Virus record (IMG/VR): IMGVR_UViG_3300027845_000349
Coordinates: 23,805 to 87,804 of that record
DNA length: 64,000 nt
DNA from: a virus
Taxonomy: Duplodnaviria > Caudoviricetes
Reading direction: 5' to 3' (one strand)
The notes beneath the pieces are model-generated. The model was not told where the DNA came from, ran no database searches, and saw only the letters and a program-made list of their open reading frames with translations. Both the position numbers and the translations under genes were made by a program. Within the stretch, counting starts at the first letter, position 1; every line of letters starts with the position of its first letter. Shown piece after piece: positions 21,902-33,732 of this stretch.

Positions 21902-22666
21902 ATGAATCAAGATCAATTAAAACTAAAATTAGATGAGTATACAGATCATAAAGAATTTTCTGTAATATTTTCAGGGAAGCATTCAAAAAAAGTAGATGGA
22001 CTATATCATCCGGAAAAACAGGAAATTATAATACATAATAAAAATTTCACTACTGATGATCAAATGATGTATACAGCTCTTCATGAATTGTCTCATCATA
22101 TCGATTTTACAGATAATCGGGGAAAGACTACTCGGAATGCTCACGGGGGGGAATTCCGGTCAATATTTCACTCTCTTTTAGAAAAAGCAGTAGAGAACGG
22201 AGATTATAAAGAGTTTTCGGATCCTTTTCTTGATGAAGTAGTTCAAATAAATAAAGATCACACAGTTTTCCTTAAGAAATTCGGGAAAGCTTTAATTGCT
22301 CTTCTGGATAAATGCCAGCAGGAACACTACTCTTTTGAAGATGTAGTTGAAAGGAAATTGTCATTAAAACCAGGTTGGGCAAAAGATATCATGAGAGTAT
22401 ACGTTATGGATGTATCAGAAGAAGTGGGCGGTGAATTTTCCAAAAAGGTAGCGAAAATAAAAGATCCTACCCAGAGAGCAGAAGCTGAAAAAATGGGAGA
22501 AATACCGGTAAAGACAAAACCTATTTCAGGCCCTGAAGATGAAAGAGCAGAAGCTGAAAAGAATCTCAGAAGAATTGAGAAGCAAATCGAAAAACTAGAA
22601 CAGAAAAGAGCAATCTATGAAGAGCAGATCCAGGGATATGAAGATTCAGAGGCTTTAAATGGCTGA
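21902..22666 (+). CDS. SprT-like zinc metallopeptidase with C-terminal coiled coil
   Basis: TALHELSHH (HExxH) and a downstream HG.EF motif. Confidence 0.7.
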   Translation: MNQDQLKLKLDEYTDHKEFSVIFSGKHSKKVDGLYHPEKQEIIIHNKNFTTDDQMMYTALHELSHHIDFTDNRGKTTRNAHGGEFRSIFHSLLEKAVENGDYKEFSDPFLDEVVQINKDHTVFLKKFGKALIALLDKCQQEHYSFEDVVERKLSLKPGWAKDIMRVYVMDVSEEVGGEFSKKVAKIKDPTQRAEAEKMGEIPVKTKPISGPEDERAEAEKNLRRIEKQIEKLEQKRAIYEEQIQGYEDSEALNG

Positions 22667-25019
22667 ATGGAAAGAATTAAAGATAGATAATTTACCACCC
22701 GATATATTAACAGGGGGCTATGAATTTATGCGTAAGTATAATCATAAAGATACATGGAGCGCATACTGGCCTTGTGATTTATCAATAATAGAAATATTTA
22801 AAATATTATATAACGAAAATTCTAACATAGGTTTTAAATACCGAAAACTAGAACCAAAAGTATCAACACATGAAGAGATAATGAAGCCAAATAGATATTG
22901 GAGAGGACTAGATGAAGAATTTCAAATGGTATGGGAGAAAGCAGATATGTATAGGGAAAATGACAATAAATACTTAATTCATGATGATTGGAGAGATAGA
23001 GCCTATTTTTCTGGTCGAAGATTCAAAGATGGTATACCACCGGAGGAAAAATGAAAGACTTAAAATATTATGAAGAAAAGAATAGAAAACTTCTCGAAGA
23101 AAATATAAAACTAGATCTTAAATTAAAACCAGTTAAAATAACAGTAGATTGTACAATATACAAAGAAGAAGATTTAGAAAAATCATTTGTTAAATATACT
23201 CTTAGAAAAACATGGAGAAGAGCTGCACGTGTAGAATTTGAGAAAGCAAAAGTTCCAACACATAGATTTTTAAAATGTTCTCCAGGTGCAAAACTTAACG
23301 GAATTAAACTCGATGATGGAATAATAATACCTATATTTGCACCTGAAGTCCTTGATGATAGTGAATTAACTTCAAATATGATGCGAGAAGGGCTCATTTT
23401 GTCATTACAGAATAAATATGACACTTATTATCATAAACTCTTATTATCGTTTGATCTTAGCGATTTACCAGAACAAATCCAGGATAAAATAAAAGAATGG
23501 GGTATTAATCATGGGCAATGAAAAAGATAAGGGCAAAGATGCTTGTCTGCATATAACGGAATTACCTGTAGGAGATCTTATTATTGTTAAAAATAATATA
23601 AATTGGAAATATTCTCCAAAAGAAGACATAACTCCATTAGAAGTTGCACTAATGTTTCCGATGTTTATGAGCTACCATACAACCGGTTATTTAACTCAGT
23701 ATGATTATTTAGGATATATCATAGAAAATAATCTAGAAAGACATTTTTGTAAGGATACAAATAATGAAAACAATATGTGATAGTTGTAAAAATAAATCAA
23801 CTTGCAACGCTGCTAAAAATATTGATCCTGGGCATGTGAGCTGTTCTGGATGGACTCCATACGAATATACAAATGCTAACGATACAGGAGCTAACAAATG
23901 ACAGATCTTGATAATTTTATAGAGATCTATAAATCTTTAGATATTGAACTAAAAGTGTTTGAGACAAATGAAGGTAAAGCATTTAAAATAGGAGAAGGAT
24001 CATATCAAGAGCAAGATATTACTATAAGTAGTAAATTTGGAGGGTATGGGGGTTTTTATTCTATCGTTAGATTCAGTAGATCAGGTGAATTTTTAGGACA
24101 AGATTTTTTTGAGTAAGGAGATTGATATGAGTGATAAGAAAAGAGAGCCTTTAAGTGGAACGTATGAAACTTCTACATTCAGAGAAATGATATTCTTTGA
24201 GTCACAAGTCAGAGAACTAGAAGCATACACAACACAACTTGAAGAAAAGCTGAAGATATATGAGAACGCATTAAAAGACATTAGAGATAATTATGATTGT
24301 GATGAGGATGCACATAAATACAATACTACATGTCGTTGCTGTTTAGCAGACGAAGCACTAAAAGAAATCAATGGTAACAGTAATGAAAAAACATAAAGAC
24401 AAGCGTAATCCTAATAAAACATCAATCAAGTTTTATACATGGCATTCAGACGGTACTAAAACATTAGTTCTTGAAATACCAAATAAAATATACCGGTCTA
24501 AATATTCAGATAGCAGAATGGAGGGTTATAGATGAAGTGTCCTAAGTGTGGAAGTACCACTATAGATTATGTTGCTTGTGGTTGTTATTGCATAATTTGT
24601 GATTACAATACAGGCAAACAGCCAGAAGAGAAAGACTGTTATACATGTATCAATTTTAATAAATGTGCTCCAGATCCAAAATTACAACTAAGAATAGAAT
24701 GTTGTGGAAATGATAGTTATTGTAACTACATAACCAAAAATGGAGAATCATGATGAAAGATAAACAATGAATGATAAGAAATGTGAAACGTGTTATTACG
24801 ATACAGATAGAATACTCTCGGATTGTTCAAACAACCCAATCGATAGACAAGAAATAGCATGTGATCAATGTGGAGATGAATTGTCTCATTACAGAGAATT
24901 AACAGGCATAGAACCACAAGAGAAGACGGGATTAGATGAACTAAGAAACTTATGTACTATTTACGATAGCATTTCAAGCACTACTATTTTGAAATTGCTA
25001 AAGGAACAGGAGTAAATGA

Positions 25020-25448
25020 ATGAATGATAAATTGAGAGAATGTCCTATATGTGGCAATAAAGAATTGATAATCAAGGATTATGGCCCACAAGACAACGAA
25101 GTGTATAAATATTTCAGTAGAAGATATTCTATACTCTGTGTTTATACAGGCAATGGGGTAGGATGTGGCCTTGAATCAGGACATTACAAAACACCTGAAG
25201 AAGCTATCGATATCTGGAAGACTAGACACCAACCCAACCATGAAACAGTACAAGAGAAGAAAATAAAAGTAAAAAAGGGAGATAAGGTTATTGATGAATT
25301 CGGGAATATTGGAATTGTTAAAAAAGCAAAGGATATACACAATATACTTGTTAAACGAATTGGAGGGGGAAAGGGTTTTTATTGTTTAGATGAGGATTGT
25401 TATATGTTTAGGGATTTGAATATTTTCGAAGATGAGCAAAACAAATGA
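25020..25448 (+). CDS. Lar-like (restriction alleviation) Zn-ribbon protein
   Basis: LRECPICG...C...CG...EEAIDIW.TR. Confidence 0.6.
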   Translation: MNDKLRECPICGNKELIIKDYGPQDNEVYKYFSRRYSILCVYTGNGVGCGLESGHYKTPEEAIDIWKTRHQPNHETVQEKKIKVKKGDKVIDEFGNIGIVKKAKDIHNILVKRIGGGKGFYCLDEDCYMFRDLNIFEDEQNK

Positions 25449-26574
25449 CAGAAGATAGAATAAATGAATTGGTACCTGATGTTAAATGTGTAGGTAGAAG
25501 TGGCTCAGGAATGGGATTGTACTATCATAATAAAGTTAAAAAACAAACAGAGGATTTAAGAAAAGCTGTTGATATAATTAAAAGTTTACTTGAAGATGCT
25601 GAATACCTATATCAGTACTACCCTAATAATTATAGGAAGAAGGCAGAAGGATATTTTAATGAAGCTTATAGTTTTATTAAAGAAATAACGGAGAGTAGAG
25701 AATGAGAGAATATACAGAAAATGAATTAGAAATAATTGAAAATAAATTTATGGATCTAATTGATAATGAATTAAAAGATATTATTAATAAAGAAGATCTT
25801 ATTTGCATGCTTATAGATTCTTTAGAATTGAGGAGTAGAGAATGAAGAAGATAGAAAGGTTTATATCATATAGCGGACAACCTGAAAGAACAATTGTAAA
25901 CAAAAAAGAATTAGATGAGTTAGAATCCAAACTAGATATAGCTATAGGCATCAATGAACTTTCTTTCAAAGCAGTAGATTATAGGAAAAGACATCAGCAT
26001 AAATTGATATATGAAGAAATTGAAATTCTTAAAGCACTCTCTCAACTAAAAGAAATCAATGGAGGGGATGATGATAATTAAAGAACAAGACATAAAAGAA
26101 TTTGCGGAGCAATGTAATTATGATAGAACTAAAACAGTTAAACATATAGCAAAAAAATGGGGTTATTCTTGGGCTGCTGCAGGTAAATATTTTACAAAGA
26201 ATTTTGTATTGAAATATTCAGAAATAACGGAGAGTAGAGAATGAAGAAGATAGAAGAGTTTGAAAAAGAAACAACAATCCCAGAAGATTACGATCCAGAT
26301 GGAGATAGAGAAACAGGATATTATTCAAGAGCTTATATTAGAAAATATGCAGAATGGATAGAAAACAAACTAGATATAGCTGTAGAGGGGGTTGAGGATG
26401 CTTTAAATCAACTATGGATACTAGATCAAGAGAATACAATAAAATATAAAAAGCTTAAAAAAATACTCTCTCAGCTCAAAGACAAAACTAAATAAAAAAA
26501 GAAGGATCTTTTACTTGACCATTACGCTAAATGCGTATATATTTAAAGTAGATCAAGAGTAAAGAGGTATTGAG

Positions 26575-26793
26575 ATGGAAATAGTAAAAATGAAAAACAA
26601 TGTAAACATTGGAGGTCTTAGCTATTACAAAAATACTATTGTGATAATCGCTGACAATGAAATTATGATTCTTAACGACGATTCGGCAATATCGTCAAAA
26701 AGGTTATCTATTGATTGTTTGAAGACTAAAAAAGATGTTCCAGCTAAACGGATAATACGAGAAAATTCAAATCCGTTTGTATTTTGTAGATAA
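26575..26793 (+). CDS. Small hypothetical protein upstream of an XRE-HTH gene
   Basis: 72 aa; own promoter TTGACC(26515)-17-TATATT. Confidence 0.55.
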   Translation: MEIVKMKNNVNIGGLSYYKNTIVIIADNEIMILNDDSAISSKRLSIDCLKTKKDVPAKRIIRENSNPFVFCR

Positions 26794-26826
26794 TAAACAG
26801 CCTCTTCGGAGGCTATAGGAGCAAAT

Positions 26827-26991
26827 ATGACACCGGAACAAATAAAACATCTTCGTGGAGATATGACAACTAAAGAGTTTGCAGAAATATTCATGGTTTC
26901 TCATCGTACTGTTGAAGGATGGGAACAGGGAAGATCTATAAGAGCTCCTGTAAAAAAGAGACTAGAACAGATGTGGGAAGAAAAGGAATAA
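26827..26991 (+). CDS. XRE-family HTH protein (54 aa)
   Basis: MTPEQIKHLRGDMTTKEFAEIFMVSHRTVEGWEQGR; GGAG SD; below the ORF-track cutoff. Confidence 0.8.
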   Translation: MTPEQIKHLRGDMTTKEFAEIFMVSHRTVEGWEQGRSIRAPVKKRLEQMWEEKE

Positions 26992-27564
26992 TAAAACACG
27001 CAATGCGTATATAAAGTAGTTAAGCGAAATAAAAAATGGAGGTTATTATGCACAAGGTTACAATAGATCATTTGAGAGAGATGGCTATTCAGCAAGGGTA
27101 TGTTCCTGCAACATGTACATTAGCAGGTCAAATAGTTATGGGCTTAATGAATAAAGGTGAAGATCCTTGTATCGGTTGCAACGCAAACAGAGGGATTTGC
27201 AAGGGTCGGCCATTTTTGAAATCGCCTAACAACTAATATATAGTTCGCTTCGCTCTCCCAAATTGAGCAAGCTCAACTTTATATATTAGACAAACGTTAT
27301 ATTCAATTTTACAAAGGGGGTTATAGTGTTTGTATGTAAAAAATGCAAAAAAGTATTTAGTTTTATGAGCGACAGGGACTTGCATCAAAGCATTTGCAAA
27401 ACTAAATATAACATTGAATATATGAAATGTAGGTACAATATGGACTCTTGTATAAACGAAGGGACGGTAGAATGTGAAGACTGTGTCCCTAAGTATTATG
27501 CCAGTACATATTGACACTGCATATATTCGCAGAACGTTAGATAGAAAGACAAGGAAGATAAACA

Positions 27565-27879
27565 ATGATTACAGATAAACAGGCTGATGATTTTGTGAAA
27601 GTTATTCATTCCGCAGCAATAAAAACAACCAAACTGCTTGAAGAAGCAGGTATAGAACCACAAGAGAAGATAGAATTATTACCTTGTCCTTTTTGTGGAG
27701 GAACTGAAATTAACACAGGGGCATTTAGTTACTGCCCAGATTGTTTTATTAAGTGTGAAACCTGTGGTGCAAACTTTGAGCTAGAAGTCCCATGGGAAGA
27801 TATGGACGAAAAAGAGCATGATAAAAAATGCTATGAGTTGTTAAAAGAAAAATGGAACACAAGGATAAACAATGAATGA
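27565..27879 (+). CDS. Lar-like Zn-ribbon protein
   Basis: LLPCPFCGG...IKCETCGA...EKWNTR. Confidence 0.65.
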   Translation: MITDKQADDFVKVIHSAAIKTTKLLEEAGIEPQEKIELLPCPFCGGTEINTGAFSYCPDCFIKCETCGANFELEVPWEDMDEKEHDKKCYELLKEKWNTRINNE

Positions 27880-29617
27880 TAGGAAGTGTGAATATTGCAT
27901 AAAAGAAGATGTGTGTATGATTAAGGGAAGTGATAAAAAAGTGATAGGATGTGGTCATTTTACAGGCATAGAACCACAAGGGAAGACAGGAGATAAATAT
28001 ATTCACGAAAAATGTAAAACATGTAGAAATTGCAGATGTTTTGATTGGTGTGGGGATGAGGGAAAAATAGGTAGAACAATACATTGCGATAAATGGGAAG
28101 CAGATAATCAACAGTCTACCAGTGAATATGATATAAAAAAAGATATTGAATACTTAAGCATATTCTTTCAGGGAGTGGATGATTTAAAAGCACATCAATC
28201 ATATTTAAGAGTTATTGCCAAAATAATTGAAAACAAAGCAGCTCTCCAGAAATCCCAGGAGGATATAAGAATTGATATGAACTCAATAATTAAACAGAAC
28301 GAAGAATATAATAAAATGACTCATTTTTCTGCGTTTTACGATGGCGAAGATATTTCTTTTAGAGCTGATATATTTGAAAATAGATTCAAAGATGCCATAG
28401 ATTTAGCATACAAATCAGCTCTCCAGAAATCACAGAAAGAGAGAGAATCCCTTGAGGAATATTGTGATACATGTGGGGGAACCTCAAAAATAGAGAACTG
28501 CGATCCTATTCCACATGAAGATCCATGTCATAATGAATATTGTAGAAACGGGAGAGTGCCATTAGGTGTAAATGACCTATTATCAAAGAATTGTGATTTA
28601 GAAGATAAAGCCAAACAACTAGAGCAACAAATATTAGAAGAAAGAGAAATCCAACAAGTTAAGAAAGCTAAATTTTATGACAAGCTTCAAACTAAGAATA
28701 ATCAAATAGAACTAATGAAATACTGCATTAACTGTAAAGATCACATGGTAGAGTCAAACAACTGTCTGCATAATACCAAAGATGGTGAATGTTGCGGCAA
28801 TTGGACACTAAGGATAACAATTGAAAGATAAAGTTTTACATCTGTCTGAATGTGGCTGTTATAGAATGGTTGCTATAGATGACAAAATTCAATCACAGAA
28901 GCTTGTTAACTCAGAATGGGAAACTAATTATCTAGAAATGCCAGTAGGTTTAATCCCTATAGGTGAATTAACTACCTGGGATGGGAGAACTTCTCTAAGT
29001 CTTGGAGAAGATACGCCTAAAGAAAACTGTAGAAACTGTGGAAGCTCTAAAAAAAGTCATAGAGGTAATTGTGCTTATTGTGGAACATAGGAGATATAAT
29101 TGACTGATAAAAATATCATTTGTAATGATTGCAAAAAAAGAGTAAAATATATTAACACTAGACTCGGGGGAACAGTTAAGTGTGATCCCAATTCTGTAAA
29201 AGCATATCAAGAATCTGGAAGGATAGTAGAGGTATATTTAATTCATGAGTGTAGTAACAATAGATCATCTGATGAAACACTTATCAAAGAAGCTCAAGAA
29301 AGGAAATTATGGACAGGTCCTGATACACATTAAGGATGGTGAAGTTACCGGAGTAACAGATAAAATAGATTTTAATTCTGCAGCATTTGTTGATCATGTT
29401 GCAAGATCAACAACTCGTTATGTAGTAAAGAATAAAAAGACTACTGAAGAAGAAAATAATAAACAAATTGCAGATAATTGCAATAATAGTGAAAAAAGTG
29501 TAATAATAGTGAACAATCCTGTCAGTACAGTATTAGAGGAAAATAAAGAGAAGAGTAAGGAGTGAATATCATTCTAATGCCGATATACTCCTTTAAAAGG
29601 GGGGAAGAGTAGTTATT

Positions 29618-30325
29618 ATGCATAAGGGATATTGTACAGTTTGCAAGCATGAGAAATTTGAGGAAATAAATAAAATGTTGCTCAATAATGCAACTCTTGC
29701 GTCAATAAGTAAAACATATGGGATTAGCTATAGAACTATCAAAAAACATCAAGATAAGTGCTTTTCACGGGTACTAGAGTCTAATAAAAAGGCAAAAGAC
29801 TCCTTTGTATCAAATATTCTTCTTAAAAATGTAGAAGAAAAATTAGCCTTATTAGACAAAATTATATATGGATGTAGCGATTATCTTACAGATCCTGCAG
29901 ATTCAGAGAAATTCTTTATGGGGGCCAGGAGTACAGAGGTTGATATTGTCTATCAGGAAAAAAATGAAAGAAGCGGTAAACTTGGTGCTTTCCAGAAAAA
30001 AGCGACACTTCAATCTTTATTGAACACTGTTGAATCTACAGACCGGTTTGTTATAAGCAATGTACAGATAAAACATTCAGATCCTAGAGATTTATTAATA
30101 AAAGGAGTAAGTGAGCTTAAACAGGTGGTAAAAATGTTAATTGATACCACTCAGGTTGTTGTTGAAAATGAATATAAAAGCAAAGCCCTTGATAAAGCCA
30201 CAAAAGAGGGTGGATCTATCTCATTCGAAAAAGAAATTGCTACAATAACAGAAAGGGTTACAATTGCATTAAAAGAATCAAACACAGAAGAATTATCCAT
30301 TCTTGCTGAACTGCCAGAACTATAA
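29618..30325 (+). CDS. Putative terminase small subunit-like HTH protein
   Basis: CTVCKH...IN..L......IS..YGISYRTI.KH N-terminus followed by coiled coil. Confidence 0.4.
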   Translation: MHKGYCTVCKHEKFEEINKMLLNNATLASISKTYGISYRTIKKHQDKCFSRVLESNKKAKDSFVSNILLKNVEEKLALLDKIIYGCSDYLTDPADSEKFFMGARSTEVDIVYQEKNERSGKLGAFQKKATLQSLLNTVESTDRFVISNVQIKHSDPRDLLIKGVSELKQVVKMLIDTTQVVVENEYKSKALDKATKEGGSISFEKEIATITERVTIALKESNTEELSILAELPEL

Positions 30326-30387
30326 TTGCAAATATAAATTAATTATGCTATTCTTGTTTTAATATATAGGATTTTAAAGGGAATTAT

Positions 30388-32583
30388 ATGGCAACAGGCG
30401 ATATATTATCATGTTCAGTAAACGCTAATGGTTGGACTATTGATATCACTATAGAAGGTCAGGGAATAAGCGGAACTTATGATCCTGGTCTTGGTGTTAA
30501 TAACGACCCAACAAATTCCAAAATAAAGATTTATTGCACAGAACCTGGATTTACTGATATTGGAGGGATTACAACAGTTTCAAAAACTGTTTATTGTACA
30601 GGATCATTAAGAAAACCATATCCTGATGAGTCTACAAAACAAGAGATAGTAAGTGGATCAGATATAATATTAACGGTTAAATTATCTGATTTTATAGGTT
30701 CCGGTGCTACATTAATAACTGCCGATGTTTTATCAGGATTCTATACAGATACTGTTTCAAATAACCAAGTATTAGGTTTAAGTGTAACAAATAATTCAAC
30801 AGCTACATATGGAAAGGTGATAGCAAATTGGTCTTATCCAGGTAATAGCCAAATAGTTGATTCTCTCCAGCTAAAAGCAGTTGCATTTCATAGATCTGCT
30901 ACAGAAGGGGACTCTGTAAAAGCAGTTAAGTTCATATTGACTGATGAATCTTTAAATACTGTTACAAAAATAATCACTACAACAACTCCAACTATTGAAT
31001 CTGTAACAGGAATATGTATTGAAGAATATATTGCTAATTTTGATAGTGTTGAATTGTCAACATTAACAGCAGAAGAAGATATTTCTTGTGATTTCATAGC
31101 CTATCCTATTGTTGGGAATTCATCTTCTATATTGGATACATCAGATTTGGCTCATACAAGTGCTGATTGGAGATACAAGACCCAAATTAATTATTATGAT
31201 CCTTTGGAAGCGTATGATAAAATTTATGCAGTGGTAGACCCAATAAGTGGTAACGATTTAACCGGAGTTGCCAGTTCTACGTTTTCAACAGCAGATTCTA
31301 ATAGATTTGCAACTATATTTACATCTATAAGAGAAATTAGAGATGTAAACAACGGTAATGGAAGAAATAATGCTTCTAATGGAGTAGTTTATCTCGTTGA
31401 TGGAGAACATGAATGGGCTGGGGGTAATGTTTTTACTCCAACAGATAACCTTGAAAAAGTGTGGTTGAATATAATTCCATATCCAGGAGAGAGTAAAAGT
31501 ACTGTTTCAGCAGTACCTAGTTCAGATTCAGGTGATAGATATACTGTGAGTAAATATGTAAAAGTTAGTGATATATCCTTCTCAAGATCAATAAGTGCTT
31601 ATTGGTTTCGAAATAACATAACCGATGGAGAAATATGGGTAGAGGACTGCGATATAGACACATCAGGAGCTAATTATTTTGCGTGGCAATTAGGATATGA
31701 TGTGAGATCTATAACAAATTGTTCATGGGTACTTACAGAAGCTTTAGTTATAGGAGCTGATCTTCTTAGAGGATCAAGTTTTACAGGAGCTGGAGATATA
31801 GAATATGCAACTAATTTCCTAGGGAATTCTTTTAGCTGTGGAGTATCTGAAGAATCTAACCAAATAACCGATTCAACTAATTCTGGAGATTCTGTAGATG
31901 GAGCCATAATTGCCTTCAACAAATTCCTTAATCAAAACAATACCATTATATCGATAGGCCAATACGCTCTTACTCATGGGATGGCTATTATTCAAAATAT
32001 ACTTGAAAGAGCAATAGAAGGTACTGGGACCTATCCAGCTATGATCTTTTATGCGAGTAACCCAGTTGGAATACCAAATATTCTTAAATGGTATAATACA
32101 GTAGCCGGACAACGAGAAAATATGTCATATAACTCTACTGGAACAGTATCTGTAGATTTTGTTAACTGGTCAGAGCGTGGAAACATAGATTTATATAGAG
32201 CATATAAGAGTGATTTATTTGCACCAGCTAGCGGGAATAGAATTGGTAACTGGCCATGTGGTTTTCAAGTTAGCGGTTATGGTAATCTAGTCCAGGATTC
32301 AGCTTTCCCTGTTGAATTTGCGGGAATCAACAGTATATTGAAAGCAGGTGTTATTTGGGGCTATGTAAATGATGCCAGTATTACAGGGACAGGATTGGGT
32401 GATGGAGATTATCATTTAGAATCAAATAGCGAAGCTTTAGGTCTTATGGTAGGAAATTCAATGATGCTATCATATGATTTAGATGGGAATAATAGATTAA
32501 GTGGTGGAGCAGCAGGAGCATATGAATATATTTTTGGGGCTAATATACCAGTATTTATGAATAGTTACAGGAGAAGAATATGA
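30388..32583 (+). CDS. Large beta-rich virion or carbohydrate-active protein (beta-helix-like)
   Basis: 731 aa, S/T/N/G-rich; C-terminal GDYHL...DLDGN.R...GAYE motif seen in beta-helix proteins. Confidence 0.45.
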   Translation: MATGDILSCSVNANGWTIDITIEGQGISGTYDPGLGVNNDPTNSKIKIYCTEPGFTDIGGITTVSKTVYCTGSLRKPYPDESTKQEIVSGSDIILTVKLSDFIGSGATLITADVLSGFYTDTVSNNQVLGLSVTNNSTATYGKVIANWSYPGNSQIVDSLQLKAVAFHRSATEGDSVKAVKFILTDESLNTVTKIITTTTPTIESVTGICIEEYIANFDSVELSTLTAEEDISCDFIAYPIVGNSSSILDTSDLAHTSADWRYKTQINYYDPLEAYDKIYAVVDPISGNDLTGVASSTFSTADSNRFATIFTSIREIRDVNNGNGRNNASNGVVYLVDGEHEWAGGNVFTPTDNLEKVWLNIIPYPGESKSTVSAVPSSDSGDRYTVSKYVKVSDISFSRSISAYWFRNNITDGEIWVEDCDIDTSGANYFAWQLGYDVRSITNCSWVLTEALVIGADLLRGSSFTGAGDIEYATNFLGNSFSCGVSEESNQITDSTNSGDSVDGAIIAFNKFLNQNNTIISIGQYALTHGMAIIQNILERAIEGTGTYPAMIFYASNPVGIPNILKWYNTVAGQRENMSYNSTGTVSVDFVNWSERGNIDLYRAYKSDLFAPASGNRIGNWPCGFQVSGYGNLVQDSAFPVEFAGINSILKAGVIWGYVNDASITGTGLGDGDYHLESNSEALGLMVGNSMMLSYDLDGNNRLSGGAAGAYEYIFGANIPVFMNSYRRRI

Positions 32584-33248
32584 TAAATATAAAACAAAAT
32601 ACGGCTGTTACATTACTAATAGGTCCATTCCTTGATGAAACAGATGGTGTAACTCCTGAAACCGGTTTAACAATAGCTCAAGCAGATATTAGATTATCTA
32701 AAAACGGTGGTAATATGGCTCAGAAAAATGATGCTACAAGTTGTATCCATGATGAGCTTGGTTATTATACTTGTCCTTTAGATGCTACAGATTCAAATAC
32801 ATTAGGAATATTAAAACTTTCTGTTGCTCCTTCAGGATCTTTACCAGTTTGGGTAGATATAATGGTATTAACTGCGGAAGCTTATGACACATTGTATGGA
32901 ACTGATAATTTTACTGTTGATCTATCCGCTACAGCTTTAACTAATGTTAATTCAGAAGTCGATACAGCTTTAACCGATTATGATGGTCCTACCAATACAG
33001 AGATGGAAGCTAGAACCGTTGTATCTGCTAATTATGCTCTTGAAACTTCTGTTCAGACATCTATTGCTAATATAGCAGCTTTACAAGTTGATATAACTGA
33101 AATTCTTGATTATGAAGCTGGAGATTGGGAAATAGTAAGTGATCAGATGATATTTAAAACAAAAGGTGGCTCAACTTTAGCAACTTATGATTTAACCAAA
33201 GATGGAATACCAGATTCAAGTGCTCCTGATAAGAGAGAAAAAGTATGA
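32580..33248 (+). CDS. Putative virion structural protein (Ig-like N-terminus)
   Basis: IGPFLDETDGVTPETGLTI...GYY...LDATD.NTLG.L motif; coupled to the preceding gene. Confidence 0.45.
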   Translation: MINIKQNTAVTLLIGPFLDETDGVTPETGLTIAQADIRLSKNGGNMAQKNDATSCIHDELGYYTCPLDATDSNTLGILKLSVAPSGSLPVWVDIMVLTAEAYDTLYGTDNFTVDLSATALTNVNSEVDTALTDYDGPTNTEMEARTVVSANYALETSVQTSIANIAALQVDITEILDYEAGDWEIVSDQMIFKTKGGSTLATYDLTKDGIPDSSAPDKREKV

Positions 33249-33424
33249 GTCAAATAATTACAAAGGGATATAACTCTGGGAAAATAATAATTTTGGGATA
33301 TGTAGGAAGCACAAGAGCCCCTATAAAACCTGATGATATTGTGACTCCAGGAGTCATACAACGGAATTTGTCAACTTCTGGATATATCCAAAGAACCTTA
33401 ACAACTTCAGGAGATTTATCATGA
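33245..33424 (+). CDS. 59-aa hypothetical protein
   Basis: ATGA overlaps at both ends (MSQIITKGYNSGKIIILGY...). Confidence 0.55.
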   Translation: MSQIITKGYNSGKIIILGYVGSTRAPIKPDDIVTPGVIQRNLSTSGYIQRTLTTSGDLS

Positions 33425-33732
33425 TTTTTACAAACCAACCTATTACACTTTCTACAGCATTTACCGATGATGACGGAATAGTCGATTTAACAGGTGCTAC
33501 AATAAGATATGATTATTGGTATCCTGCCAACACCACAAGTACTCCAACAGGATCAGTAGATGGTATTGTTGTTAATGAATCTTTGGGTCTTGCTTCTGGT
33601 GTAATCCCTGCCAGTATAAATATATGGGCAGCTACTACTTGGAGAGTCCAGGGAGTTGCTATCATATCAGGAGATGAATATGCAGAATGTACAACTACAT
33701 TTGAAGTATCTTCAAGAGGAGATAGTTGCTAA
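33421..33732 (+). CDS. BppU-like Ig-fold putative structural protein
   Basis: VDLTGAT.......P, G.......N.......W.VQG.....G pattern. Confidence 0.45.
   Translation: MIFTNQPITLSTAFTDDDGIVDLTGATIRYDYWYPANTTSTPTGSVDGIVVNESLGLASGVIPASINIWAATTWRVQGVAIISGDEYAECTTTFEVSSRGDSC

Larger units (their letters stand above)
22659..29565 (+). other. Dense array of small accessory ORFs, many Cys-rich
   Basis: More than 20 overlapping or abutting ORFs with ATGA couplings and many CxxC motifs. Confidence 0.75.
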
